DNA of 63,847 bases, filler included, from Reclinomonas americana ATCC 50394 (Eukaryota): assembly GCA_048213135.1 (NCBI GenBank). It is 8 parts of 5 records of this genome, joined end to end, with 100 filler letters (N's around TTAATTAATTAA, not from the genome) between each part and the next. Parts side by side here need not be neighbours in the genome. Positions count along the whole stretch, not along the records: positions 31,615 to 40,668 come from PS015877.1; positions 40,769 to 47,903 come from PS015878.1; positions 48,004 to 52,496 come from PS015878.1; 5 more parts are not named here. One strand, given 5' to 3'. The position numbers and the translations under genes were made by a program. The notes beneath the pieces are model-generated. The model was not told where the DNA came from and did no database searches. It was given only the letters and a program-made list of their open reading frames with translations. Of the stretch, positions 39,461-51,000 are shown one piece after another. Position 1 is the stretch's first letter. Each line of letters opens with the position of its first letter.

Positions 39461-42400
39461 ATGTTGCGTCTCCTTCTCTGCCTCTGTCTGCGTTGCTTGT
39501 GTGCGCGGTGACACACTTGCGCGCTGGTGGCTTGTGTGTGTGTGTGCGTGCGTGTGTGTGTGTTGTTTGTGCGTGCGTGCCTCATGCCGCGCGCGCTCTT
39601 GTTTTCTTCACTTTTGTTCTCCACTCCTCTCCTCCCACTCACTCTCGCCTGTGAGTGCCTCTCCTCTTGCGCGTCACTCTCTCTGTCTGCCTGTGTTCCC
39701 GACAGTGAGCATTTCACACAATGTTGTTTTGCTCTCTTAGTCTCTCACGCGCTTTCTCTCTCTTGTCTGTGCAGGGCGGCGGCGGCCTCGGCGAATCCGT
39801 TTGCGAGTTTGCCGACTGAACTTGAGTGGAAGTTCACTCAGGTGTTTGAGGACAAGAGGTGTGCACCACGCTTGTCTCTCTCTCGCGCAAGTCGCTCCCG
39901 TTTCGCGCGTTTGTGTACTCACATGTTGTCACTCTGCGTGCGCGCTCTCTCTACTCTCTCTCGTGTACGCATAGTCTCAATGAGGAGGCCACTGAAGGTG
40001 AGCACACGCGCGCATGCAACACAACGTGTTGTTTTCTCTCTCTCGCTCTCCGTGTGAGATTTCCTCCCGCGTGACTTGCCCTTCCCCCCGCGCGCGCCCT
40101 CTTTCTCTTGTCTTTCCCACGAGGAGTGTGCCACTCTCATGCTCATGTGCTGCCCACTGTTGTGTCCAGCCGACATTATCTCGGCTGTCGAGTTTGATCA
40201 GTCGGGCAACTTCTTGGCCATTGGCGATCGCGGAGGCCGTGTGGTCATCATTCGCCGCATGCCCGTCGGAGTTGAGTGGCACTTGCATGCATACACACAC
40301 ACGCGCGCGCAGCTATATACGCACCGAGGGAGCGGCGCACAGGCGTAAATAGGAATCGTGTGCGCATTTCAAGCAGCGGCTGATTGCTATTTTTTGTGTT
40401 GGGCAGCGGCCCGGAGTCGGTCCGTCGCGCTCTCCCGGTGGCGACTACAAGTTGTACACTGAGTTCCAGAGTCACGAGCCCGAGTTCGACTGCCTCAAGT
40501 CGCTGGAGATTGAGGAGAAGATCAACCAGATCCGCTTCTGTCCGAAGCAGAACAGTGCACTCTACTTGCTCACCACCAATGGTTGGTCTTGCTCTCCGTC
40601 TCCCCCCCCCCTCTCTCTCTTTCTCTCTTTCTCTTTCGTGTCGCGTGCTCACTACTGCTGCTGCTGAANNNNNNNNNNNNNNNNNNNNNNNNNNNNNNNN
40701 NNNNNNNNNNNNTTAATTAATTAANNNNNNNNNNNNNNNNNNNNNNNNNNNNNNNNNNNNNNNNNNNNCCTGTGCCGTGTTCATGTTCCACAAGTTGATG
40801 CGCAAGTCGTCGGCCGACAGGAAACTCTCGCCGTCCGAGTTGATCGAGATGGAGTTGATCAGGTACGCGTGGGCATTGGCGTACACTCGGCGTGGTGTGG
40901 CGGCCACCACTGATCTGTGAATGAAAGAAGAATAGTGAGCGCCATGCTTGGCAATGCGCACACAGCTGCAGAGGGGGCGTTCATACCGTTCCGGAATCAG
41001 CGACGGTACTCGCAGCTCGCGCACTGGCAGCGCTGGCGGTGTTCTGGCACCGGCAGCCGGTTGCGGCAAATTCAACGACGCCACGCGCTTGACCTTGCGC
41101 TCCTGCACCTTCCACAACTTGATGGTCTTGTCTGTGTGGGCANNNNNNNNNNNNNNNNNNNNNNNNNNNNNNNNNNNNNNNNNNNNNNNNNNNNNNNNNN
41201 NNNNNNNNNNNNNNNNNNNNNNNNNNNNNNNNNNNNNNNNNNNNNNNNNNNNNNNNNNNNNNNNNNNNNNNNNNNNNNNNNNNNNNNNNNNNNNNNNNNN
41301 NNNNNNNNNNNNNNNNNNNNNNNNNNNNNNNNNNNNNNNNNNNNNNNNNNNNNNNNNNNNNNNNNNNNNNNNNNNNNNNNNNNNNNNNNNNNNNNNNNNN
41401 NNNNNNNNNNNNNNNNNNNNNNNNNNNNNNNNNNNNNNNNNNNNNNNNNNNNNNNNNNNNNNNNNNNNNNNNNNNNNNNNNNNNNNNNNNNNNNNNNNNN
41501 NNNNNNNNNNNNNNNNNNNNNNNNNNNNNNNNNNNNNNNNNNNNNNNNNNNNNNNNNNNNNNNNNNNNNNNNNNNNNNNNNNNNNNNNNNNNNNNNNNNN
41601 NNNNNNNNNNNAGGGATTCAGTTCTGTGTCTCTCACTCGCTTCCCCTCCCGATTCCTCTCTCTTTCTGACTCGTGCCACGCTGCAGACATTGTGGATTTG
41701 AAGCCGCCGAACATTGAGGAATTGGCCGAGGTCATCACGTGCTCCTCGTTCCACCCCAGCCAGTGCCACACGTTTGTGTATTCGACGTCTCGTGGCTCCA
41801 TCAAGCTCGGCGACATGCGACAGAATTCGTTGTGCGACCAGTACTCGAAGCGTTGCGTTTCTCTCATCTTCGTGGTGCCTGTTGCCTCTCTCTGTTCCTG
41901 GTTTCGCACTCGACACATGCATGATGAAATCCATCCTTGCACTCAAGAGTCGACCGCGACCACTGTTCACTCGGCGGTGCGGTCGCTGAAGACAATCTGG
42001 GCGTGAAGTCGCACAGACTTCACCTGATCATGTGTCACCACCACCACCACCATTACCGCACACTCATTCATTCACAGACATGCACGCACACTCGCACTCG
42101 GGCACACCTGCTTTCTGTGTTTTGCTGACTCCTCCGTGTCTGCAGTTTTTGAGCCTTCGGAGGGCTCGTCGTCAAATTTCTTTGCCGAATTGATCTCGTC
42201 CGTCAACGACGTCAAGTTCTCCAAGTGCGGCAACTACATGTTGTCGCGAGACTACCTCACCCTGAAGGTGGGGAACATTTTGTCTCTCTTGCTGCTGTGA
42301 TGAAAGGATTACTGACTTTGCCTGTTTGTAGGTGTGGGACATTAGCATGGAGCGTGAGCCGCTGCAGACGATCCACGTCCACGACCATCTGCGCCAGCAC

Positions 42401-43119
42401 CTGTGCGATCTGTACGAGAACGACTTCATCTTTGACAAGTTTGAGTGTGTTTTCAGCGGCGATTCCAAGTTGCGTCGTCACCAAGAGACAGAGTGACAGA
42501 CAGAGAGAGAGAAAGAGAGACAGTGTGAAAAGAAACAGTACGTGAGAGAGAGGAGAGAGGAATGATCGTTAAGAAGAGGGCAAAGAGAGTTGAGAGGTTG
42601 GATGTGCTTGATTTCTGTCTCTCCCTCTCCCTCTCCCCCCTCTATCTCCCACACACGAAGCTCACGTTGTCTTGCATTGCACCGCAGGTTCATGATGACC
42701 GGCTCGTATCACAACATGTTTTACGTGTACGATTGGGAGGGACGAACGCACTCCACCATTGAGGCTTCCAAGGCGGCGCCAAAGCGACGCCAGAGCGTCA
42801 AGGGCAAGGGTAAGTGATCGTGTGTGTGTGTGTGTGTCTATCCTCTCCCCGACCTGCCAGCATTGCTGACCTTCCTGCAGCAGCGAAGAGCCCAGTGGCG
42901 AAGCGCCCACCGGCGTACGAAAATATGGACCTCAACAAGAAGGTGCTGCGCATGAACTGGCACCCAACCGACTACCTCGTGGCCGTGGCGTCGCTCAACA
43001 ATCTGTACATTTACGACGCCTCTGGCCCCAATCCGCCATCTCTCACCATCAACGCGCAAGCCAATGCCGCTGCAGCGTCGGCTGCATCGCCAGCCGGTGG
43101 CGCCTCGGGCTCCACGTAG
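39461..43119 (+). CDS. PPP2R2: Protein phosphatase 2A regulatory subunit B55 (WD40; PPP2R2/CDC55 family)
   Basis: [106 protein letters not shown]...WHP. Confidence 0.96.
40769..41142 (-). other. Two internal exons of the PP2A B55 gene on a mis-oriented contig
   Basis: Minus-strand DKTIKLWKV...|[36 protein letters not shown] is exactly the segment missing between LLTTN and IVDLKP on the + strand; bounded by N gaps on both sides. Confidence 0.9.
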
Positions 43120-43464
43120 AAAACCCAACACCATTACAAGGGAAGGACACGGATCGTGCACCAGCTGCCGCCATCACGACCGCCGCCCAACACAAGACAA
43201 ATCGTAGCACCATGCGCTGCTACACCTGGCAACACGAGTGGCTGAAGCGGATTGGACAGTGGATTTCCGATGTGGTTTATTCTTTCACCATGATCGCTGA
43301 GTCTGCTACTTCTTCCCTCCCCGTCTTCATCCTCGTTTGTTGTCTGTGTGTACAGTTGTGCTTGTGTTTTTTTGGGTGGTGTGCTATTTGTTCCTCACCG
43401 CCGCTTTCCGCCTTTTTCCGTTCCTCTCCGTCTTCATGTCTACGTTCTGCTTGTCGTTATCGGT

Positions 43465-43466
<2 letters not shown>

Positions 43467-43501
<35 letters not shown>
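43467..43501. repeat. (GT)n microsatellite (many shorter (GT)n/(GA)n tracts occur in introns throughout)
   Basis: About 17 TG units between the convergent PP2A and LRR genes. Confidence 0.9.
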
Positions 43502-43502
<1 letters not shown>

Positions 43503-43549
43503 TGTGTGGTAAAGAAAGTGTATGCTGATTATCGGTTTACGGGACAGTG

Positions 43550-45674
43550 CTAGTGTACAACAGGGGCGCGACTCGGCTGCCGCCCCACCATGCCGTGTGA
43601 GATGAGGTGCCCGCTCGGACTTCGCTCCACCATGGGCACTGCGGCGGCAGCGGCGGCCACTGCAGCTCGCCTCCGAGCACCGTTCTCCACGTCGGCATTG
43701 GTGGGCGACACGGGCACCACTGCGTCGCCCATTGGAGCAGCTGCGATGATGCATGCATTCAGCAATTTTATCCAACGAAAACACAAGAGTGTGGACGCGC
43801 GTATACCTGCACCGTGAATGGTCGACAGACGGCGCTGGGCCATTGCTCGCTGCGCCTCCTGCACCTCCGCCAGTCGCCGCTGGTACTCCTCCTCGTTGGA
43901 GCGGAACGAAGGCAGTGCCTCGTGTCGCCCACTGTTCGCGGCACTTGGCGCTCCGACCGGCACCGACAGCAGGGGAATGGTGGCGCGACGTGCTTCTCCC
44001 TGCTCGGTTGAGAGCTGAGCACGAGGAAGCAAACACAATGTCCCACGGTAGAGGACTCACCCTTCCGGCTGCCGCCTCGGTCATCGCCGCCTTGGCCTCG
44101 GCCTCCGCACGCTTCAGCAGGTCTTTGATGTTGCGCTCTATTCTCGCTGTGACGTCTTGAATGATAGAGGGATCCATCGGGTTGCCGTCGAGCACAATCG
44201 TGCGAATCACCGTGTTGAGTGTCAGCGCGACAACAATCTGCTCGCCAACCCGACCCGACAGTGAGCAGTGCGAAATGTCGAGGTAGGTGAGCACCGGGTT
44301 CTGATTCAGCATGCTGACGAGAGCCTCGGCGTCGGCATCCAACGGAATGCCTCGCAGCGACAGGCTCGTCAGCGAACCCGGATGCAGTGCGAGCGCCTCC
44401 AGAATGTGACCACCATGGCCGTTGTGCGCAAACTCCATCGACCTCAACTGAGGCATGGAGGCGAGAAGTGTGGCCAGCGATCTGCGGAGCGCATGAGTGT
44501 ACTTTGCCTCCTTTGCCCTTCCTTCCCTCTTTCCCGTCACTCACCGATCGCCGGGCTTGCCGGCCTTGTTCAAACCGAGGTTAAGTGAAGTCAGCGACGT
44601 GCAGCCAGTGAGGCGGGCGCACAGCGACTGAATCGGTTCCGTGCCGCATCCCTCGCCAAACAGATCGAGGGTAGTGAGGCGGTTGGTGGCCACAATCGCC
44701 CTACCAATCGCATCCATGCACGTTCTCTCCAGCTGATTGTTGCGCAGCCGCAGTGTCAAAATCGACGTGTTGCGTCGCAGCATGCGCTCCAGTGCCGGCG
44801 CGTACTCCGCACCAATAGCGCAGCCGTTCAGCGAGAGCGACGTGAGCGTGCGGTTCTCCTCCAGCCGCTCCAGAAACTCAATGAGCGAATCCGACGGCGA
44901 CAACTCCTCCAGCCTGCTCTCCAAGTTGTACCCAAACGAGAACTCCACCAACGATGGGTGCCGCAGCACCACTCCCAGCGTCTCACCCACCGCCGCCTCC
45001 ACCCGCGAATCGGCCGTGAACAGGCGACACAAGTTCAGCGATGTCAGCGCCGGCATCGAGGCCACCACACCCGCCACACCGCGCAGCGTGTCGGGATTCG
45101 AGAACCGATCGAGACCGCCACAGTTCTCCAAGTCCAACGAGGTCAGGTAGGGGTTGTTGGCTGCGCGCAGTCAGTGAGCCTCCGCACATATCGATCTCAC
45201 ATGATACACACACGCTTTCAACATCGAACCACAATAGGCAAAGACATGCTCCGACTGCACCGCATCGGTGATCGTGTACCGCAACCGCAACGCCTCCACA
45301 TGATCATACGCATGCGCTCTCATGGCCGCAAACAGACAACTGCTGTGTTCACTCGATCCTCGCGGCAGCGCGTCACAGATGTTGCCGTCGATCAATCTCG
45401 ACTTGCCACTGGAGTGCGCGCGCGTGAGAGTCTACGCAACACACACGCACGCGCACACGTACACTAGAGACGCACTCACCGCGCGCACTCACTCAGCCAC
45501 TGTCGCACTCGACTGCTCGGCTGCACCGCAATCCCCGTGCACAACGTACAGTACTCGCGATCAATCGCCCAGCACACCTCGGCATCAGCCGATTGCCTGC
45601 GTGTGTGAGAGAGAGAGTGTGTGTGTGATAGATGTGAGGTTCATCACACAGAGGAGCACTCACCCGCAGCCCAT
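43550..45674 (-). CDS. RNI-like leucine-rich-repeat protein with an MGCGQS N-terminus
   Basis: ATG GGC TGC GG|G CAA TCG start; repeats LTSLDLEN, LTSLNL, LTSLSLNGCAIG, ILTLRLRNNQL, LTTLDL, LTSLNLGLN, LTYLDISHCSL, IRTIVLDGNPM. Confidence 0.85.
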
Positions 45675-45834
45675 GTGACTGTCAACGTGTTTTTGAACGA
45701 AATTGCGAGCAAAGATATGTTTTTCTCCGCGCTTTGTTGTTCCTTGGTGATGCTGGCCTCGGTCACTCGGGACGGGTTTTGTAGTTTGCACACACGGTTC
45801 GCTGAGCGGTGACGCAGTCGAGACACAGAGAAGA

Positions 45835-47699
45835 ATGGACTGGCGCGCACATACTCCGGTCAATGGTGAGGACGATGAGTGGTTGAGTGGCGGCAGCAGC
45901 GGCAGCAGCGGCGACGTGGACATGCTGTCGTCGTCGTCGGCAGACACCTCGTCGGCCTCCTCGCCCATGATGCCAGTGCATGCGACAAACTACTCTGCAG
46001 CAGCAGCAGCAGCTGTGGCGACGCAGCAACAGCAGCAGCAGACGCGCAGTCGACCGTTACATTGCGCGTTGCGTGTGTGTAATCGCAGTTGCGTGTGCTT
46101 GTGTGCCATCGCTGCGCCGTGTGTGTGTGTGTGGCGACTGACGTTGAGTACACAAGATGCCAACTTGCGCTTCTTCCTGCACGTGCTCGGCATGCAAGTG
46201 CTGCGGCATGAGGAGTTCGACGAACGCATTGTGCGTGATCGGCGTGCGGCCCCAGTTGCGTTTGCTCCTTCCCGCCTTGTCTCTTGTTGCTGCGTGTCGC
46301 TGACGTCGTTGCGTTGTCGTCTGCTGTAGGGATGGAGCGGCAAGTGGTCTCGTACCATGATTGGCTTTGGGCCGGAAGGTGTGTGTGTGTGTGTCTCACA
46401 CTCGCGCACATGATTTTCCGAGAGAGAAATCGGGCGCACTCACTCGGGCCACCCAGAGACGCACTTTGCGGTGGAGTTGACGCACTTTTACGGGGCCACG
46501 GTGAATCAGGCCTCGCGGGGACTGATGGAGGCGCAGACGCCACCTGCGAGTGCCGCGAGTGGCCGAGCTGCGGACATGACGAGAGGATCCGAGGGCTCCT
46601 CGAGTGTGGCCACGGCCGGCAACGATGCCGCCACGCTCGTGATATGCTCGGATGTGGTGTACAGAAGAGTGCTGGAGTCGCAATGGCCGCGCGATGTTGT
46701 CGGTGAGAGGAGTGAGCACCGACCAAATGGGGGAGAGTGAGACGCGATTCTCATTTGTACTTGTTGCTGGCCGCAGTGGCACCGGCGTGGATGCACACGT
46801 TTGTGTACGGTATCAACCGCATGTGCGTGTCGCTGCAGTCGCCCGACGGGTACACGGTGATTGTGGGCCCCACCGAGTTGCACCCGGATCCAGTTGAGTG
46901 GCACATGCAATGTTGTTCGCGTTTTCGCTCACTCCTCATTCCTCACTTCTACCCTTGCTCTCGACAGCAACGCTCAGTGGATCCCGTCGCAGCCATCTGC
47001 TACAACGTGTCGCACATGGAGGACTCGCTTTGTTGCGTCGTGAACTCTGCCGCCTGCCCTCGACATGTTGACTGACGAGCATGCAGCATTCTATGTCGTC
47101 GGCCTGGGCATGACGGTGGAGCAGCGAGCGCAAGGCGACGAGTATTGTGTGCTGTACTTTTCGCGATGCAGCTGCCGGTTGGTGCTGGTGCCGACGCCGC
47201 ACCAGTCACGCATCGTGCATGGCGATTTGAGCGGACGACTGGTGCTCGGTGTCACGAACATTCACGCCGCCGTGGACCACCTGCGTCGCGTGCATGCCAC
47301 CTTGCTGTCTCCAGTTGTGCAGCTGTCGTCGTCGTCCAGCCGTTGCGTCTGCATGCGCACGTCCTTCACGCCACCAAGCCGTCATCTGACCTTTTTTTCT
47401 CCTCCACAGAGATGGTCGATGTGGCGTTGCTGGCAGACGCCGACGAGTACATTGTGGCACTCGCGCAAACACCCGAGTTCTTCGCAGTGGCCAAGTACGA
47501 CACGACAGCGGCGTACGAGGTGGCGCGCCTGCTGGGCCAAGATGGGACTTCGGAACTGCCGCAGCTGTCGCCACTGTCGAGCATGCACGGTGTGCAATTG
47601 CGCGCGGGCGGAGAAAATGAGGACGCCAGTGGCCGCGCAGCCGACTGGGCCATGACATCCAGCGTGCTGTGGGATGACTTGGTGGAGGAGGCGTTTTAG
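45835..47699 (+). CDS. GLOD4: Glyoxalase-domain protein, GLOD4-like (7 introns)
   Basis: RPLHCALRVCNR|NANLRFFLHVLGMQVLRHEEF, GKWSRTMIGFGPE, THFAVELT, LQSPDGY, DPV, VALLADADEY. Confidence 0.8.
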
Positions 47700-48003
47700 A
47701 AAAAGAGAGAAATAACAACTACGTGCAGAAAACAACAACCAAGAAAAACGATAATACAATTATAACTGTGTTTGCATTAACATTCCCATTCTCCATACAC
47801 ACGCACACACCATTCTACAAAAAGGCACAAGCGGTATAGCACACTTAAAATCACACACACAATAAACAAGCAGCCAACAAAACAACATATAACAAAACAA
47901 AAANNNNNNNNNNNNNNNNNNNNNNNNNNNNNNNNNNNNNNNNNNNNTTAATTAATTAANNNNNNNNNNNNNNNNNNNNNNNNNNNNNNNNNNNNNNNNN
48001 NNN

Positions 48004-51000
48004 GCGCCTGATACTGCTTCTGCAGCTCCTTAGACACGTACTGCGCAACGGCAACACAGTGAGAATCACACACTTTTCATCCCTCTCGCCCTGTCTTGCA
48101 CTCACCTGCCAGCACTCGTCAATCACCGACTCCTTGGCCACAATGTTGACCACACCGGCGGCGTTCTCCGACGACATGTTGAACTTGGAAAAGTAATGCT
48201 CCACCTCCTCCTTGCGTCGAACGTACGTCACCCACAACAGGAGCAGACAGGCCGAGGCGCGCACAGTCTCTGCGCGCAGTTTGACCTCGTGCTCGCCCGG
48301 CGACAGCACACTGACCAGCAGGTCGTAGCATTGCTGCCACTGTAGACAATCGAATGAGAACACTGAACCATACAAACGGTGCGCGATTCTGGCCCTACAA
48401 AACCTCTTCCGGTCGAATGTCGTCACTCCCCTCCTCTGTCGTGCCGTCCACACCACGTCGCAGCCGCATGGCCAGCGCGAAAGCAATGCGTCTCTTGATG
48501 AGGATCCACGGCATGCGCTGCGATTCGCGCTGCTCCATCGCCTCGAACAGGTTCTTCAGCACCACCAGACAGGCCGAGTACTGTTTCTCGCGGAACAGCA
48601 TGTCGGCCACCGGAATGGCAAACCACGGCAGCAGCTGGCGATAGCGACTCAGGGTCTCCAGTTGCTGTCGCAGCATCTGCATCAGTTCTGGCATATCTGT
48701 GACGATCTCCAAGTTGGCATCGTTGAGGATGCGCTCCGGGTGCTTCACAATGCGCTCGCCTGTACCACTCGAGACGTGAGAAATGGTTGCTCTCCCCTCA
48801 CACACATTAGAAAACGCGCTCTCACCCATGCGCAGCACGTGATAGTCGCTGAGACGGAGGAAGAACTGGCCGATGCGCGAACACATTGGACTCTCCGTCT
48901 CCTCGCCAAACTGGTACGCCTGCACCACCAACGAATTGAGAAGGAGAGAGACAGAGAGCGAGAGAGAAATGAGTGGCTGAGAGCCCGACGGTGTACCTCA
49001 ATGGCGCGCTCGGCCACCAGCTGATACTCGTTGATCACCCACAACGGGAATAGTACGCGACTGAGGAAGTACGCGCGAGTGGAGTTGTGCTCCTTGATGC
49101 CCACCAACTTGCAGCTGTGTAACAATCTCAGCAAGACTCGAGCACAGGTGAGCATGAATCACCGCGGGTGGATGGTACACACCACTCATCGTAGCAGCGC
49201 CAGGCGCTCCAGCGCTCGCCAAACAGAGCATAGTTGGTCATGGCCTCCACAAAGCCACTGACCACGGGGTCCACCACACGCGGGTACGACTGCAGGATGT
49301 TGCTGAAGCGCGGTCGATCGCTATCAAACACCTGCTCCATCGAGCGGAAGTGTTTGAGGGCCGTGCGCAGGTCACCAACTGTGCACACGTGCGAATGAGA
49401 AGACTGGGGAGGAAACGCAGGTTGACGACACACACACACAAAAAACGCAACGCTCAGAGTAGTGCATGACACCGGTGCGGTGGCCGTCGATGAGACGACG
49501 CGCGTCGACCGGACAGTCGAGGCTCCAGATGTGTCCCTTCTTTCCCGGATCGAGGAAATCGCCCATGTACTCAACAATGCGCGTCCACACGTCGCACATT
49601 TGCCGCAAATGGCCGTCGCGATCCAAGTTCAAGTACACAAACCACAAGTTCGACAGCACGTCGTAGTGCGCCTCACGTGGGAAGAATGTCGCCTGCCACC
49701 CACGAAAGGTAAGCAACTCCGCGCGCGCACACACACACGCCTCTCATGCCCGCCCGCCACGCAACATTCTCCAGCAAGCGGACTGCGTGGTGCAACACCG
49801 ACTCGGTCTGCTCGTTGATGATGTTGCAGGCCAGCAGCGAGGTACTGAGCTGGCACACCAGGTTGAACTCAAACATTTGCATGTCACGATCTGGGCAGGA
49901 GGAGTCGAATGAGAAGGCATCGGCGGGCGGGGGACACCACGAAAACATGCGCGCGTACCTTTGAAGCGACACTCGGCCAGCAGCTTCACAGCATTTTCCA
50001 GCGTGGAAATGGCCGCCCGCTCCATACTCGAATCCACCATGCGCTGCGCGTGATCCTCCATGTAGCCGACGGCCTCGCGCACACTCGAACTCAGCTGTTT
50101 GTCTGCTCACAGTGTGTGCGTGTGTGAGACGTAAGTGGTCGGTTGCGAATGATATACGCTCGATGAACGCAACTGTCGGCACGGTCGTCCGGAGCCACAT
50201 GCATCAACGCATCCATGGTGGCGTGGAAGGCATGATGGGCAAGCTGATTGACAATGCCCGCCGACACCGAGTCGGTGTCCTCGCTGAGTTCCTTTTCCTT
50301 CAGCGGATCGTAGTCCGGCTGCGTGCATGCAGGTGTGTCAGTGAAGCGCAGCGAGGGCATGACGCGCAGCAGAATGACAGCGAGAGCGCACCGGCAGCAG
50401 GCGCTTGAACCAGTCGTAGATGAACTTGTGCGCCTTGCCACGTCGCGAAGGCATCATCTGATGGTACAGTGCGTACGCCGTCGTGTTGTGGTGGAACTCG
50501 TACATTTGCTACTCGAGGAGAGTGTGTGTTAGCGCACGACTGACGAAGCGAAGACACCGCACACACCAAACAAACCTCCTTGAACGGATACACAGTTCCG
50601 GTGTTCTCGACGCCCGACGGATCGCGTTGCACCAGAATCTTCTCATCGACCAGGTGCTGCAACATATTGTAGATCTCCTCCTCGGAGAAGTCCTCAGTGT
50701 CCACATGTGTCAGATTGAACACTTGCAACNNNNNNNNNNNNNNNNNNNNNNNNNNNNNNNNNNNNNNNNNNNNNNNNNNNNNNNNNNNNNNNNNNNNNNN
50801 NNNNNNNNNNNNNNNNNNNNNNNNNNNNNNNNNNNNNNNNNNNNNNNNNNNNNNNNNNNNNNNNNNNNNNNNNNNNNNNNNNNNNNNNNNNNNNNNNNNN
50901 NNNNNNNNNNNNNNNNNNNNNNNNNNNNNNNNNNNNNNNNNNNNNNNNNNNNNNNNNNNNNNNNNNNNNNNNNNNNNNNNNNNNNNNNNNNNNNNNNNNN

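Noticed and set aside
40769..41142. Scrambled or inverted exons in PP2A B55 (trans-splicing or DNA unscrambling)
   Set aside because: The inverted block is bounded by N gaps on both sides, so contig mis-orientation is the simplest explanation; long reads would settle it.
47142..47171. Possible ultra-short 30-nt GT-AG intron in the GLOD4-like gene
   Set aside because: The frame is open and the peptide fits the expected strand before the CRLVL motif, so it is more likely exon.
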